Source of the DNA: Chthonomonadales bacterium
GTDB lineage: Bacteria > Armatimonadota > Chthonomonadetes > Chthonomonadales > CAJBBX01
Length of the DNA: 64,000 nt
Assembly (NCBI GenBank): GCA_037442185.1
Contig: JBBIQU010000001.1
Coordinates: 4,062-68,061, forward strand
Direction of reading: 5' to 3'
The translations under genes and the position numbers were made by a program. How positions within the stretch are numbered: position 1 is the stretch's first letter; each line of letters starts with the position of its first letter. The notes under the pieces are model-generated. The model was not told the DNA's origin and made no database searches. It saw only the letters and a list, made by a program, of their open reading frames with translations. This document shows, piece by piece, positions 1 to 8,570 of this stretch.

Positions 1-1898
1 CAGAATGCCAACGGGTCCATGTTGAAGTCCTGACGATACAGATCAATGCCGTTGTCGGTGATCAGCTTGTCCACATGCTCGACAAGCCACTTCCACGCAT
101 CGGGATTGCCGAGGTTCAGCAGCCTGCCGCTGCCCGACGACGCGCGCGCCTTGACATTGAGCAGCCGGAAAGCGGATGTGTCCGGCGTCTCGCCCGGCTT
201 CAGCCAGCCGTAGCTCCAGTTGCCGTTGGGGTTGCGGTCGGGCGAGGAATCTCGTGCGGCGTCGTGAACCTCCCCGCGTGCGCCGACGATCCGAACGGAC
301 AACCCGGTGGAGTCGCAGATGTGCGAGCCGTTGCCCCATCCCACCACGAAGTCAAGCGTGTCCCCGGCCCTCATCTCGATGCGCTGGTCCTTCCGCGCCT
401 CCGGCCCGTGCCCGTTGAGACGGAGGAACGCATCGAACAGCCGAACGCTGCCATGGAACACATGGACATCCGTCGTGGTCTGCCGGTCTATCGCGCGAAA
501 TGCAGCGGAAACGTCGTATGTGCCGTCGCTGGGGGCTGTCCAGCGCACCACGCAATACTCGCCTTTCGGCCCCGGATGGAACGAGAGCGCCCGGGGCTCC
601 CACTCGATTCCCGCCATGCGCACAGGCCGATCTGAGGCGTTCACCACGACGGCGGGATCCGGTCCGCCGAGGTCCGAGCGCCAGCCGACGATGGCCGACA
701 GCGCCGCGTCCTGTTCGGGATCGGCGCTCAAGAGCCACTCGGGGCGCTGCTCATATAGCCATGTTCCGGGGGCGACACGCTCGGGCTCGAACCATACCAG
801 TATCTTGACGCCACGCGCATGGGCGTGGTCGCTGATCGGGCGAAACCCATGCGGGAAGCGCGCAGGGTCAACCTCCCATGTGCCGACTTGCGGCCAGCCG
901 AGCTCCTGCATGTACCATCCGGCATCCATCCACCAATAGTCGAGCTTGAGGCCCAAACTCAGGTACCGGTCAATGTGCATGATCTGGTTGGCCTCGTTGG
1001 CGTGCTTCATCTCCTCATATGCCCGCGAACTGCTGGCAACGAACTGCGGAGGCGGAAGTTTGCCGCCGGGTCTGGGCATCGAATGTGCCATCATCCATCG
1101 GCGCCACAGGTTCTGCCCCCGGATCCAGCCGTCAGCGTCGCCTGCCTGCCACCACAGCAGCGCCATGAGAGGCGAACGGACCTCCTCTCCCGGGTGGAGC
1201 ACAAAGCGAGTCAGCTCCTGGCCCGCGGTGAACCTCACTGCGCCCGCCGCAGAGCCACGGAACTCGCTCGCCCACTGCCCGGGCCAGCCTACGGCCGCGA
1301 TGATCCCACGATTGCCCCAGTCAAGATTGAAGTACGCCATATCCGTGTTGGTCGGCCTTCCGCCCGCAGCCGTGATGCGCTTGACTGTTCCGGGCGGCAG
1401 GGGCGTCACCAGCGGTCCGTAGTCCGAGCGGTTGGCCGGAGAGCCCACGTTGTGGTGAAGAACCGGCTCGCCCGCGCCGCCGGGCATATCGAAGTCGGCC
1501 GCCTGTATGCCCTCGATGATCGGCGTGTCCTGAGCTCCGATGTTTCGGAACCACAGCGTCCACTCAGCAACAGGGTAGTCACGATAGACAACGGCGACAC
1601 ACCGGACCTCAAGCCCGGTCCTGTCGGAACGCCAGGTGGTCGTTGTTCTCGTCCTGTTCGCATCGAGCCGTTCGACTTTGGCCGAGTGCGCGCAGAGACC
1701 GAGGAAGTCGCCCGCTGCCTGGCCTCCCACACGAAATGAGAACGGCAGTGATGTCGCCTTGTCGCTCAGGCGCGCCTTTACCCACTCCTGAGCGGCAGCC
1801 ATCTCGCCTCGTGTCGGAACGACCGCGCCGGCTGCCACCGCGCACAGCGCCAGCGCCAGCAGCAATGTCAGAGACTGCGTCGCATCCCCCTTCGCCAT
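1..1898 (-). CDS. GH36/alpha-galactosidase-like glycoside hydrolase (N-terminus complete, C-terminus cut by window edge)
   Basis: Absent from the supplied ORF track because it has no in-window stop. My translation of the minus strand from the ATG at 1898 stays open to position 1. It reads MAKGDATQSLTLLLALALCAVAAG (signal-like) ... LDYWWMDAGWY ... GTWEVDPARFPHGFRPISDHAHARGVKILVWFEPERV ... LLNLGNPDAWKWLVEHVDKLITDNGIDLYRQDFNMDP. These motifs are typical of clan GH-D (melibiase/GH36) TIM barrels. Confidence 0.6.
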   Translation of the reverse strand, partial: MAKGDATQSLTLLLALALCAVAAGAVVPTRGEMAAAQEWVKARLSDKATSLPFSFRVGGQAAGDFLGLCAHSAKVERLDANRTRTTTTWRSDRTGLEVRCVAVVYRDYPVAEWTLWFRNIGAQDTPIIEGIQAADFDMPGGAGEPVLHHNVGSPANRSDYGPLVTPLPPGTVKRITAAGGRPTNTDMAYFNLDWGNRGIIAAVGWPGQWASEFRGSAAGAVRFTAGQELTRFVLHPGEEVRSPLMALLWWQAGDADGWIRGQNLWRRWMMAHSMPRPGGKLPPPQFVASSSRAYEEMKHANEANQIMHIDRYLSLGLKLDYWWMDAGWYMQELGWPQVGTWEVDPARFPHGFRPISDHAHARGVKILVWFEPERVAPGTWLYEQRPEWLLSADPEQDAALSAIVGWRSDLGGPDPAVVVNASDRPVRMAGIEWEPRALSFHPGPKGEYCVVRWTAPSDGTYDVSAAFRAIDRQTTTDVHVFHGSVRLFDAFLRLNGHGPEARKDQRIEMRAGDTLDFVVGWGNGSHICDSTGLSVRIVGARGEVHDAARDSSPDRNPNGNWSYGWLKPGETPDTSAFRLLNVKARASSGSGRLLNLGNPDAWKWLVEHVDKLITDNGIDLYRQDFNMDPLAF

Positions 1899-1986
1899 GT
1901 GGCATTCCCCCAAGCCCAGACGCAGTATGGTCGCGCGCTGATTGCCCTCAAGATCACGCCGCGCGCGCCGCTAAGCCGATGCTGGG

Positions 1987-4593
1987 CTACTCGGCGTCCT
2001 CGCGGTAGGTGTAGATTTCGGCCGGAAACCGTCCGGAAGGCTTCTGCGCCACCCAGACCGCCCTTGCCACCGTTGTCGGATCGGCTCGGTCGAGGTCCGA
2101 CCAATCAAGCCGTTCGCACGCTCGGGCGAGCGCTCTCGCCTCACCTCGCAATGCCGCGGCGGGCTTGTTCATTTCGTCCAACGCGACCCGATTGGGTACG
2201 TGGGTGAACGGGCGAAGGTCAGGGACGCTCTGGAAGCATTCGCGCATCGGCCGCGCAGCGCGGTCGAAGTTGTTCATTGCCGGAATCCCCAGAACGAGCC
2301 CGATCGTTCTGACCAGGCCGGTGTGATCGTAGGGTGTGCTGACGACGGCGTTGCGTCGGGTGTACGGGGACACACAGTACGCGAGCGTGCGATGTCCGTC
2401 AACATGATCAACGCCGAGCTGCGAGTCGTCCTCGATGCACAGGATGAGCGTCTCGGGCCAGAAGCGGCTGTGCGAGATGGCATCCACAATCCGCCCAAAC
2501 GCGAGGTCGTTGTCGGCAACCGTTGCCCTCGGTGTCGGCATGCCCGGGCTCGTACCCGCCGTATGGTTGTTGGGAAGCAGGATCATGGTGAGGGCAGGCA
2601 TGCGCCCTCTGCGCTCCCACTCTCGGAACTCGGCAAGGAACCGATCCGCGCGCCACTGATCGGATACATTCATCGGGAAGCCGATGAACTCCGGATGCAG
2701 GAACTTGCGCAACTGGGCATTGTCCGTCTCGGCCCGAATCCGAAAGCGGTTCCCGCCCGAGCGGTAGTCGTTCCACAGTTCCGTCCAGCTCGGAAGGCCC
2801 TTGCGGTTTGGGTTCTGGGTATCCACGATGCGAGGCCGGTTCACGTATTCGCCGAACACACGCACCGACAGCCCGCGTCGCGCCGCAGCGGTCCAAAGGA
2901 ATCCCTTGGGAGAATACGCCAGAGCATCGCCGCCGTCGTAGGGGTAGCTCCGGGCGTACGACGAGTAGTTCTGCTCCATGTACGCGTTGGCCACCGATGA
3001 CGAAGTCCACTGATGCCCGTCCGCCGAGTTCGTGCCGCTCGTGTAGGTATTGTCGAGAAGCACAAACTGCCGGGCGATGGCATGCTGGTTGGGTGTGACC
3101 TCCTCGCCGAACAGGCACAGCTTGGGATCGCCGTTGCCTTCCGGCATATCGCCAAGCGTCAGGTCGTAGGTGTGGTTCTCTTTGATCACGTACACCACAT
3201 GGCGGAACACGGACGGCTCACCGACGCGCTCCGGCACCGGCACAGGTCGCATGCCTTTGCGGGGAGGCAGCTCGGAGCTCCAACCGTTGTTGATCGCCAC
3301 TCGCGCCGTCAGCCCGGCAAGGTCCTGCAGATCGCCTGCGGTCAGCCTCTGCACGACCCCGGCGCTTGCATGGACCCATCTCCCGCCCTGCCGCAGATCG
3401 CCCATCGAACCTATACCCTTGGAGCAAGCGACCCATATAGTGTCGCCCTGACGCCGCACAGAAATCGGGAACCATGCGGTCGGAATATACGCAATCTCCG
3501 CTCGCCGATCGGGCAGACCGTCGGGTCCGAGGCGCACAACTGCAAGCGCATTGGCTCCTCCGCAGGTCACATAGAGCGTGCGGCCGTCCGACGACAGTTC
3601 GACGCCCGTCGGCATATGGCCAAAGTCGCCGAAGGAGTGTCCCAGTCGGAGGGTCATCCTCACCCGACGGCGTCGAGCGTCAATGACCGATATTGTGTCG
3701 CTGTCGGAGTTGGCGACATACGCCGTCGCGCCGTCCGGAGCGATCGCTATGCCGGCAGGCTGTCTGCCGACCCGTATGTCCTTAACCTCAAGAGAGCCGG
3801 TATCTATGACCGAGACAGACCCTTCCGAGACGGCATCAGTCGCCCGCTCGATGCGCACATGTGTTCCTGCCGTGGCAGCCGTTGAGCGACCGGCAGGCGC
3901 AACTGCGCCGCCACGGTTGGAGACCCAGAGCGTTCGTCCATCAGGGGAGAGCCGGACATGGTAGGGGCATGCGCCGACCTTGACGTACTGGGGCGGATTA
4001 ACTCCGGCGGGGTCGAGGACGGCGACCACATTGCGCGTACCCAACGCAACGTAGAGGCGGCTTCCGTCCGGAGCGCACGCAATGCCGGCAGCCTGCGGAT
4101 CATTCGGCTGACCCGGAGCCCTGATTCCTCCGGACTCCACCGGCAATCGCCGTGCCTCTCCCGGCTTGCCGTCCGTAAATGGGATGCAAACGACGTTGGC
4201 GCCGGCCGAATGGTAGATCACGCCGCCGTCAGGACTCCAGGCGATGCCAAGCGGGCCGCCGCCGCCCTTGATCTCGACCGGAACGTCTCCAGCGCCATAC
4301 ACGAGCACCTTGCGGGGTGTCAGAACGGCAAGACGCGTCCCATCCGGCGACACTGCAATGTCCTTGGGCCGTTCGTTCGGCGTGATGAGCCACTTGCCGA
4401 CTGGGGTGAGACGCTGCCCGGTCGGTACCAGAACGGCCCCATCGGGCTGCGGCCCCATCTGGACTTCGCCCACACGGACCGAAGCGGCCGCGAATCCGGC
4501 CAACAACGGCAGCACCAACATCAGGCGCCGACCCGACTTGAGCATACCAACGTCAAGACCGGCGCCGCCCGTACATGCGCGAACGCGTTTCAT
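1987..4593 (-). CDS. YncE-like beta-propeller / phosphoesterase (PLC-AcpA, alkaline-phosphatase-superfamily) fusion protein, secreted
   Basis: Lower part of ORF 1987..5016. I place the start at the ATG at 4593 (MKRVRAC..), which follows a GGGAGGG SD and avoids overlapping the upstream gene that ends at 4632. A signal-like LMLVLPLLAGFAAA follows. The N-terminal half has repeated SPDG/APDG..LYV beta-propeller blades. The C-terminal half has VVYVIKENHTYDLTLGDMP...FVLLDNTYTSGTNSADGHQW, typical of the phosphoesterase family. Confidence 0.75.
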   Translation of the reverse strand: MKRVRACTGGAGLDVGMLKSGRRLMLVLPLLAGFAAASVRVGEVQMGPQPDGAVLVPTGQRLTPVGKWLITPNERPKDIAVSPDGTRLAVLTPRKVLVYGAGDVPVEIKGGGGPLGIAWSPDGGVIYHSAGANVVCIPFTDGKPGEARRLPVESGGIRAPGQPNDPQAAGIACAPDGSRLYVALGTRNVVAVLDPAGVNPPQYVKVGACPYHVRLSPDGRTLWVSNRGGAVAPAGRSTAATAGTHVRIERATDAVSEGSVSVIDTGSLEVKDIRVGRQPAGIAIAPDGATAYVANSDSDTISVIDARRRRVRMTLRLGHSFGDFGHMPTGVELSSDGRTLYVTCGGANALAVVRLGPDGLPDRRAEIAYIPTAWFPISVRRQGDTIWVACSKGIGSMGDLRQGGRWVHASAGVVQRLTAGDLQDLAGLTARVAINNGWSSELPPRKGMRPVPVPERVGEPSVFRHVVYVIKENHTYDLTLGDMPEGNGDPKLCLFGEEVTPNQHAIARQFVLLDNTYTSGTNSADGHQWTSSSVANAYMEQNYSSYARSYPYDGGDALAYSPKGFLWTAAARRGLSVRVFGEYVNRPRIVDTQNPNRKGLPSWTELWNDYRSGGNRFRIRAETDNAQLRKFLHPEFIGFPMNVSDQWRADRFLAEFREWERRGRMPALTMILLPNNHTAGTSPGMPTPRATVADNDLAFGRIVDAISHSRFWPETLILCIEDDSQLGVDHVDGHRTLAYCVSPYTRRNAVVSTPYDHTGLVRTIGLVLGIPAMNNFDRAARPMRECFQSVPDLRPFTHVPNRVALDEMNKPAAALRGEARALARACERLDWSDLDRADPTTVARAVWVAQKPSGRFPAEIYTYREDAE

Positions 4594-4631
4594 TGGACCC
4601 TCCCGACGTACGGCGGGTTGCGAGGCCGAAC

Positions 4632-5894
4632 CTATGCGGCGCCAACCCACTCGGTGAAGTTGCCGGCCAGCAGTCGTCCGACATCCGCGGCAATGTCCCC
4701 CTCCGTCACCGGTCTGCCCGCGTCGGCGAGTGAGCTGTACGTGTCTGTTAGCGCTTCGGCGATGATCTTGCGCGATACCGGCCACTTGTACAGGAGCTGA
4801 TCGAGAACGCGGGCATCCGAATGCTGAGCGATGAACGTCGCGCCCAGCATTTCGAGTCTCTCGCTCGTAATCTCTCGCACGATCGAGGGGTTGTTCAGGA
4901 ACCACCAGCACCCGAACGGCATCAGGCTGCGGAACTTGCGCGCCGATACGCAGAGTTCGTGCTGGTTCTCGCGCGACAGCATCGTAATCAGGTAGCGGAC
5001 CTGCGGATACTCGCATGCGAGACGCTCGACGCTTGTGACGTCAGCGCGACCTACTGCATCGCCCGCAAGCCGCATGTTGGGGTTCACCTGGCGCCGCACG
5101 CCGATCATCAGAGCCAGCGGCAGACGATGCTCAAGGCAAGCAGGCAGCACGACACCACGCAGGAGCCTGGTTCGCAAGGAATCGTCAGGGAACACGAAGT
5201 CGGCCGGCAGCGAGACTGCCATGTACAGCGGGTTCATGCGCTCGATCCACTGGCTCAGGAAGCGACGGCCTTCATGGAACGTGTCTCCGTTGACGTCCTC
5301 CGTAACGTCGTATCCGGACGCCCGAAGTGAATCGCAAGCTTCGGGCCACGCATTGAGGATCCGGTCGAGCCGAAGGGCGGCACGGTACCGGGGGTTCGTT
5401 GCTCCCCCCGAAAGCCAGACCAGGGCTTCGTCGGCATCGAGCGGGTCGTTGGTCATGACCAGCCAATCCACGCCGGCCATGTCGAGCACCTTGCCGGCAT
5501 GCCGGTCGGGATCCTGGTCGGCGAAGAACTCGCGTGCCTGCTTCAGATCGGGCGCGCAAGGATCCAGTCCGAAACTCGTCAGCACTCGGACGACGCCCTG
5601 TGTCGCTTCGGAAATGGGAGGCCGCTTGACGAACAGCTCCGACCAGATCATGTCGGCCTGAGCCGAGTGCGGCATATCCCACCAATCGTCATACCGGATC
5701 GGCGCTACGCGGAATAGCTCCGCGATCAGATAATGGTAGTTGAGCAGCTCGTCAATGCCCCAGAGGTTGAGCGAGCCGAACTCCGGCGCGAAGAGGTGCG
5801 TGTGCATATCCACGACCCGCGCCTGGGTCACGACCCGGCTCACGGCAGCAGCAATCTCCTCGCGACCGCGCAGGGGCTCCGCCAACGTTGTCAT
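4632..5894 (-). CDS. Amidohydrolase-fold protein, uronate (glucuronate) isomerase-like
   Basis: 420-aa ORF with an AGGAGG SD upstream of the ATG at 5894. It has the N-terminal metal motif VVDMHTHLF followed by WGIDELLNYHYL, which resembles the UxaC/amidohydrolase superfamily. The family call is tentative. Confidence 0.5.
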   Translation of the reverse strand: MTTLAEPLRGREEIAAAVSRVVTQARVVDMHTHLFAPEFGSLNLWGIDELLNYHYLIAELFRVAPIRYDDWWDMPHSAQADMIWSELFVKRPPISEATQGVVRVLTSFGLDPCAPDLKQAREFFADQDPDRHAGKVLDMAGVDWLVMTNDPLDADEALVWLSGGATNPRYRAALRLDRILNAWPEACDSLRASGYDVTEDVNGDTFHEGRRFLSQWIERMNPLYMAVSLPADFVFPDDSLRTRLLRGVVLPACLEHRLPLALMIGVRRQVNPNMRLAGDAVGRADVTSVERLACEYPQVRYLITMLSRENQHELCVSARKFRSLMPFGCWWFLNNPSIVREITSERLEMLGATFIAQHSDARVLDQLLYKWPVSRKIIAEALTDTYSSLADAGRPVTEGDIAADVGRLLAGNFTEWVGAA

Positions 5895-6149
5895 TCTGTC
5901 CTCCTGGAAAAGGGTGCCTACCTGAGCAACGCCGGATCCGCTATGAGCGGGTCTGGAGTATCATGCCAGACAGCCGGCATCCGTCAGGCTTCCGGATTGC
6001 CGACTATAGCACCGCCGACAGTGTGTGTCAAACACGAATCCGTGTCCCGACTGACGCCCGGCAGAAGGAATTGGACATGCCCGAACGCCAGTCGCCGAAG
6101 TTGCGGGTACAACGAGGCGACTCGGACATGAGTCCCGGAGGATCACACC

Positions 6150-7052
6150 ATGTTGGCCCAGAGCTTGCTGATCATAGTCGCGCTTAGCGTCCCGCCGATT
6201 GCCGCACCGGCTCCCGACAACGAACCCCGCCTGTACAGAAACGGCTCGCCGGCAGCGTTCGCCGACGTGGTTGAGGCGCTCTCGGAGGCGGATGTCGTGC
6301 TGGTTGGCGAGCAGCACGGGTTCGCCGCAGGACACGCCTTTGAAGAGCGACTCCTCCGTGCGCTGCATGCCCGGCAGCCGAAGCTGGCGCTGTCGCTTGA
6401 GATGTTCGAGACCGACGTTCAGGGAGTGCTGGATGAGTACCTCGGCGGACACATCACCGAGGCGGCGTTTCTGGCCGCAGCCAGGCCCTGGCCGCGCTAT
6501 AAGACCGACTACCGTCCGATGGTTGAGTACAGCCGCGAGGCGCGCCTGCCGGTGGTGGCGGCAAACGCCCCTCGTCGCTACGTCAACATCGTTTCGCGCA
6601 AGGGTCAGGAGGCGCTCTTGCAGCTGCCACGCCAATCGCGGGCGTTCCTTCCGAGACTGCCCTACAGCATGGAGATCGGCGCGGCCTACGAGGCTGAACT
6701 TTCTCGGCTGTTCGGCTCTCCTCACGGCGCAGCGCCGACGCCGGGCATGCCGAGTCCGGACAATATGAAGCAGGCTCAGGCCCTGTGGGACCACTCCATG
6801 GCCGAGAGCATTCTGTCGGCACGGCGGCGTCTGCGAGCGCGAACCGTCATGCACGTTTGCGGCTCGATGCACTGCGAGAGGGGCTTCGGCATCGTCGAAA
6901 GGCTCAAACGGGCGTCGCCCCGACTGCGCATCGCGACCGTCATCCTGCGACCGACACCGGAGGACGGCTCGGAACTCCCGGCCGACCTCGGCGACTTCGT
7001 CGTTGACTGCGGCCCCAAGCCGAAGGACGCACCGCCCGGACAGGGGTCCTGA
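6150..7052 (+). CDS. ChaN-family (haem-binding uptake / Tiki-superfamily, DUF399) lipoprotein-like protein
   Basis: 300-aa ORF with a GGAGGA SD and a signal-like N-terminus. It has VVLVGEQHG...LSLEMFETDVQGVLDEYL...PVVAANAPRRYV, characteristic of ChaN/Cofac_haem_bdg proteins. Confidence 0.7.
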   Translation: MLAQSLLIIVALSVPPIAAPAPDNEPRLYRNGSPAAFADVVEALSEADVVLVGEQHGFAAGHAFEERLLRALHARQPKLALSLEMFETDVQGVLDEYLGGHITEAAFLAAARPWPRYKTDYRPMVEYSREARLPVVAANAPRRYVNIVSRKGQEALLQLPRQSRAFLPRLPYSMEIGAAYEAELSRLFGSPHGAAPTPGMPSPDNMKQAQALWDHSMAESILSARRRLRARTVMHVCGSMHCERGFGIVERLKRASPRLRIATVILRPTPEDGSELPADLGDFVVDCGPKPKDAPPGQGS

Positions 7053-7114
7053 TCCGGCCAGGCCGGCCTCGCATACACCGGAGCTCCAACGTCGCGCCAC
7101 GGGTCTGACGGCGA

Positions 7115-7143
7115 TTGACCTGCGTTCGGGCGTATGCTATCCT
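7115..7143 (+). promoter_or_regulatory. Putative sigma70-type promoter for der (TTGACC - 17 nt - TATCCT)
   Basis: -35 TTGACC at 7115-7120, a 17-nt spacer and -10 TATCCT at 7138-7143. A GGAGG SD lies about 10 nt before the ATG at 7173. Confidence 0.3.
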
Positions 7144-7172
7144 GTCGGTACCCAACGGAGGTCTGACCCCCG

Positions 7173-8570
7173 ATGTCGAGTCCCCTCGTGGCCGTCGTAG
7201 GCCGTCCAAATGTGGGCAAATCCACCCTTTTCAACCGGCTGACCGGCAAGCGGATCGCCATCGTTGAGGATACGCCCGGCATCACGCGCGACCGTCTGTA
7301 CGCGCCGGGCGAATGGGCGGGCCGCCATTTCACGCTCATTGACACCGGCGGCATCGTGCTCAACGAGACTGACCCGATCGTCACGCAGGTCCGGAAACAG
7401 GCCGAGATCGCCATGGAGGAAGCCGATGCGATCCTCTTCGTGTGCGACACGCCCGAGGGGCTTCTCGACGCCGACCGCGACCTTGCCAACGCGCTTCGAA
7501 GGTCGCCGAGTCCCGTCTTCGTCGTGGCCAACAAGGTGGATTCACGGCGGGCCGACGCCGACGCCATGGAGTTCCACTCGCTGGGCCTTGGTCCCGTGTA
7601 TGGCGTCTCGGCGGTACACGGACACGGCATTGGCGACCTCCTGGACGAGCTCGTCAAGGTGCTTCCGCCGCACACGGAAGCCGGCGAGGACGACCAGACC
7701 GCTCGACTGGCGCTCATTGGCCGCCCCAACGTCGGCAAGTCGTCCCTGACCAACGCCATCCTCGGCGAGGATCGGGTCATCGTCAGCCCGATCCCGGGCA
7801 CCACGCGCGATGCCATAGACACGGCGCTTGAGCGCGACGGACAGAGCGTGCTGCTGATAGATACGGCAGGAATACGGCGGGCAGGCAAGATCCAGGGAAG
7901 CGTCGAGTACTACACAGTCCTCAGGGCCAAGACCGCCATCGAACGCTGCCATGTTGGGATCGTGGTGGTTGACGCTGACGCGGGGCTCCTCGACGGTGAC
8001 AAGCGAGTGGCCGGAATGGCGCACGAGGCGGGCCGGGCATGTGTTGTGGCAGTGAACAAGTGGGACTTGCGCGACCCGCAGTCGTCAAGCGGAAGGCCCA
8101 ACCCTGCGCTCATGCGCGAGTTCACGGCTGAGTTCCGCAAGCAGACCCCATTCCTCGCGTATGCGCCGTTGGTGTTCTGCTCGGCGGTCACGCGCCTGGG
8201 CGTCTCCGACCTCCTGGACACGGCAATGTCAGCCGCCGCGAACCATGCACACCGTATCCCCACAGGCGAACTGAACCGGATCATACGAGCGGCAGTTGAT
8301 GCCCGGCCGAGAACCGTTCACGGACGCCAACTGAAGATCTACTACGCGACCATGCCGCGCGTCCAGCCGCCGACGGTCCTCCTGTTTGTCAACCATCCGG
8401 ACCTGCTGCACTTCTCCTACGCCCGCTATCTCGAGAACAAACTGCGCGAGGCATATCCCCTTGAGGGCACTCCCCTGATCATTCGCGCCCGCACTGCCGA
8501 GAGCGGCCCCGAACCGACCGACGGCTCCTCTTCTCGCACAGCAGGGAGCCGCAAGACCCGCAAGCCATGA
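7173..8570 (+). CDS. der: Ribosome-biogenesis GTPase Der (EngA), double GTPase domain plus KH-like C-terminus
   Basis: Two G domains: VAVVGRPNVGKSTLFN..DTGG and LALIGRPNVGKSSLTN..DTAG..NKWD. Followed by a C-terminal KH-like region. Confidence 0.95.
   Translation: MSSPLVAVVGRPNVGKSTLFNRLTGKRIAIVEDTPGITRDRLYAPGEWAGRHFTLIDTGGIVLNETDPIVTQVRKQAEIAMEEADAILFVCDTPEGLLDADRDLANALRRSPSPVFVVANKVDSRRADADAMEFHSLGLGPVYGVSAVHGHGIGDLLDELVKVLPPHTEAGEDDQTARLALIGRPNVGKSSLTNAILGEDRVIVSPIPGTTRDAIDTALERDGQSVLLIDTAGIRRAGKIQGSVEYYTVLRAKTAIERCHVGIVVVDADAGLLDGDKRVAGMAHEAGRACVVAVNKWDLRDPQSSSGRPNPALMREFTAEFRKQTPFLAYAPLVFCSAVTRLGVSDLLDTAMSAAANHAHRIPTGELNRIIRAAVDARPRTVHGRQLKIYYATMPRVQPPTVLLFVNHPDLLHFSYARYLENKLREAYPLEGTPLIIRARTAESGPEPTDGSSSRTAGSRKTRKP

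Noticed and set aside
75-1739. Several plus-strand ORFs (75..635, 307..939, 819..1739, 946..1422) at the left edge.
   Set aside because: None has protein-like composition. The unlisted minus-strand frame (1..1898) gives a clear GH36-like protein, so these are shadow frames.
4594-5016. N-terminal 141-aa extension of ORF 1987..5016.
   Set aside because: It would overlap the upstream amidohydrolase-fold gene by about 385 nt. The extension is Arg-rich nonsense. The ATG at 4593 has a GGGAGGG SD and is followed by a signal peptide.
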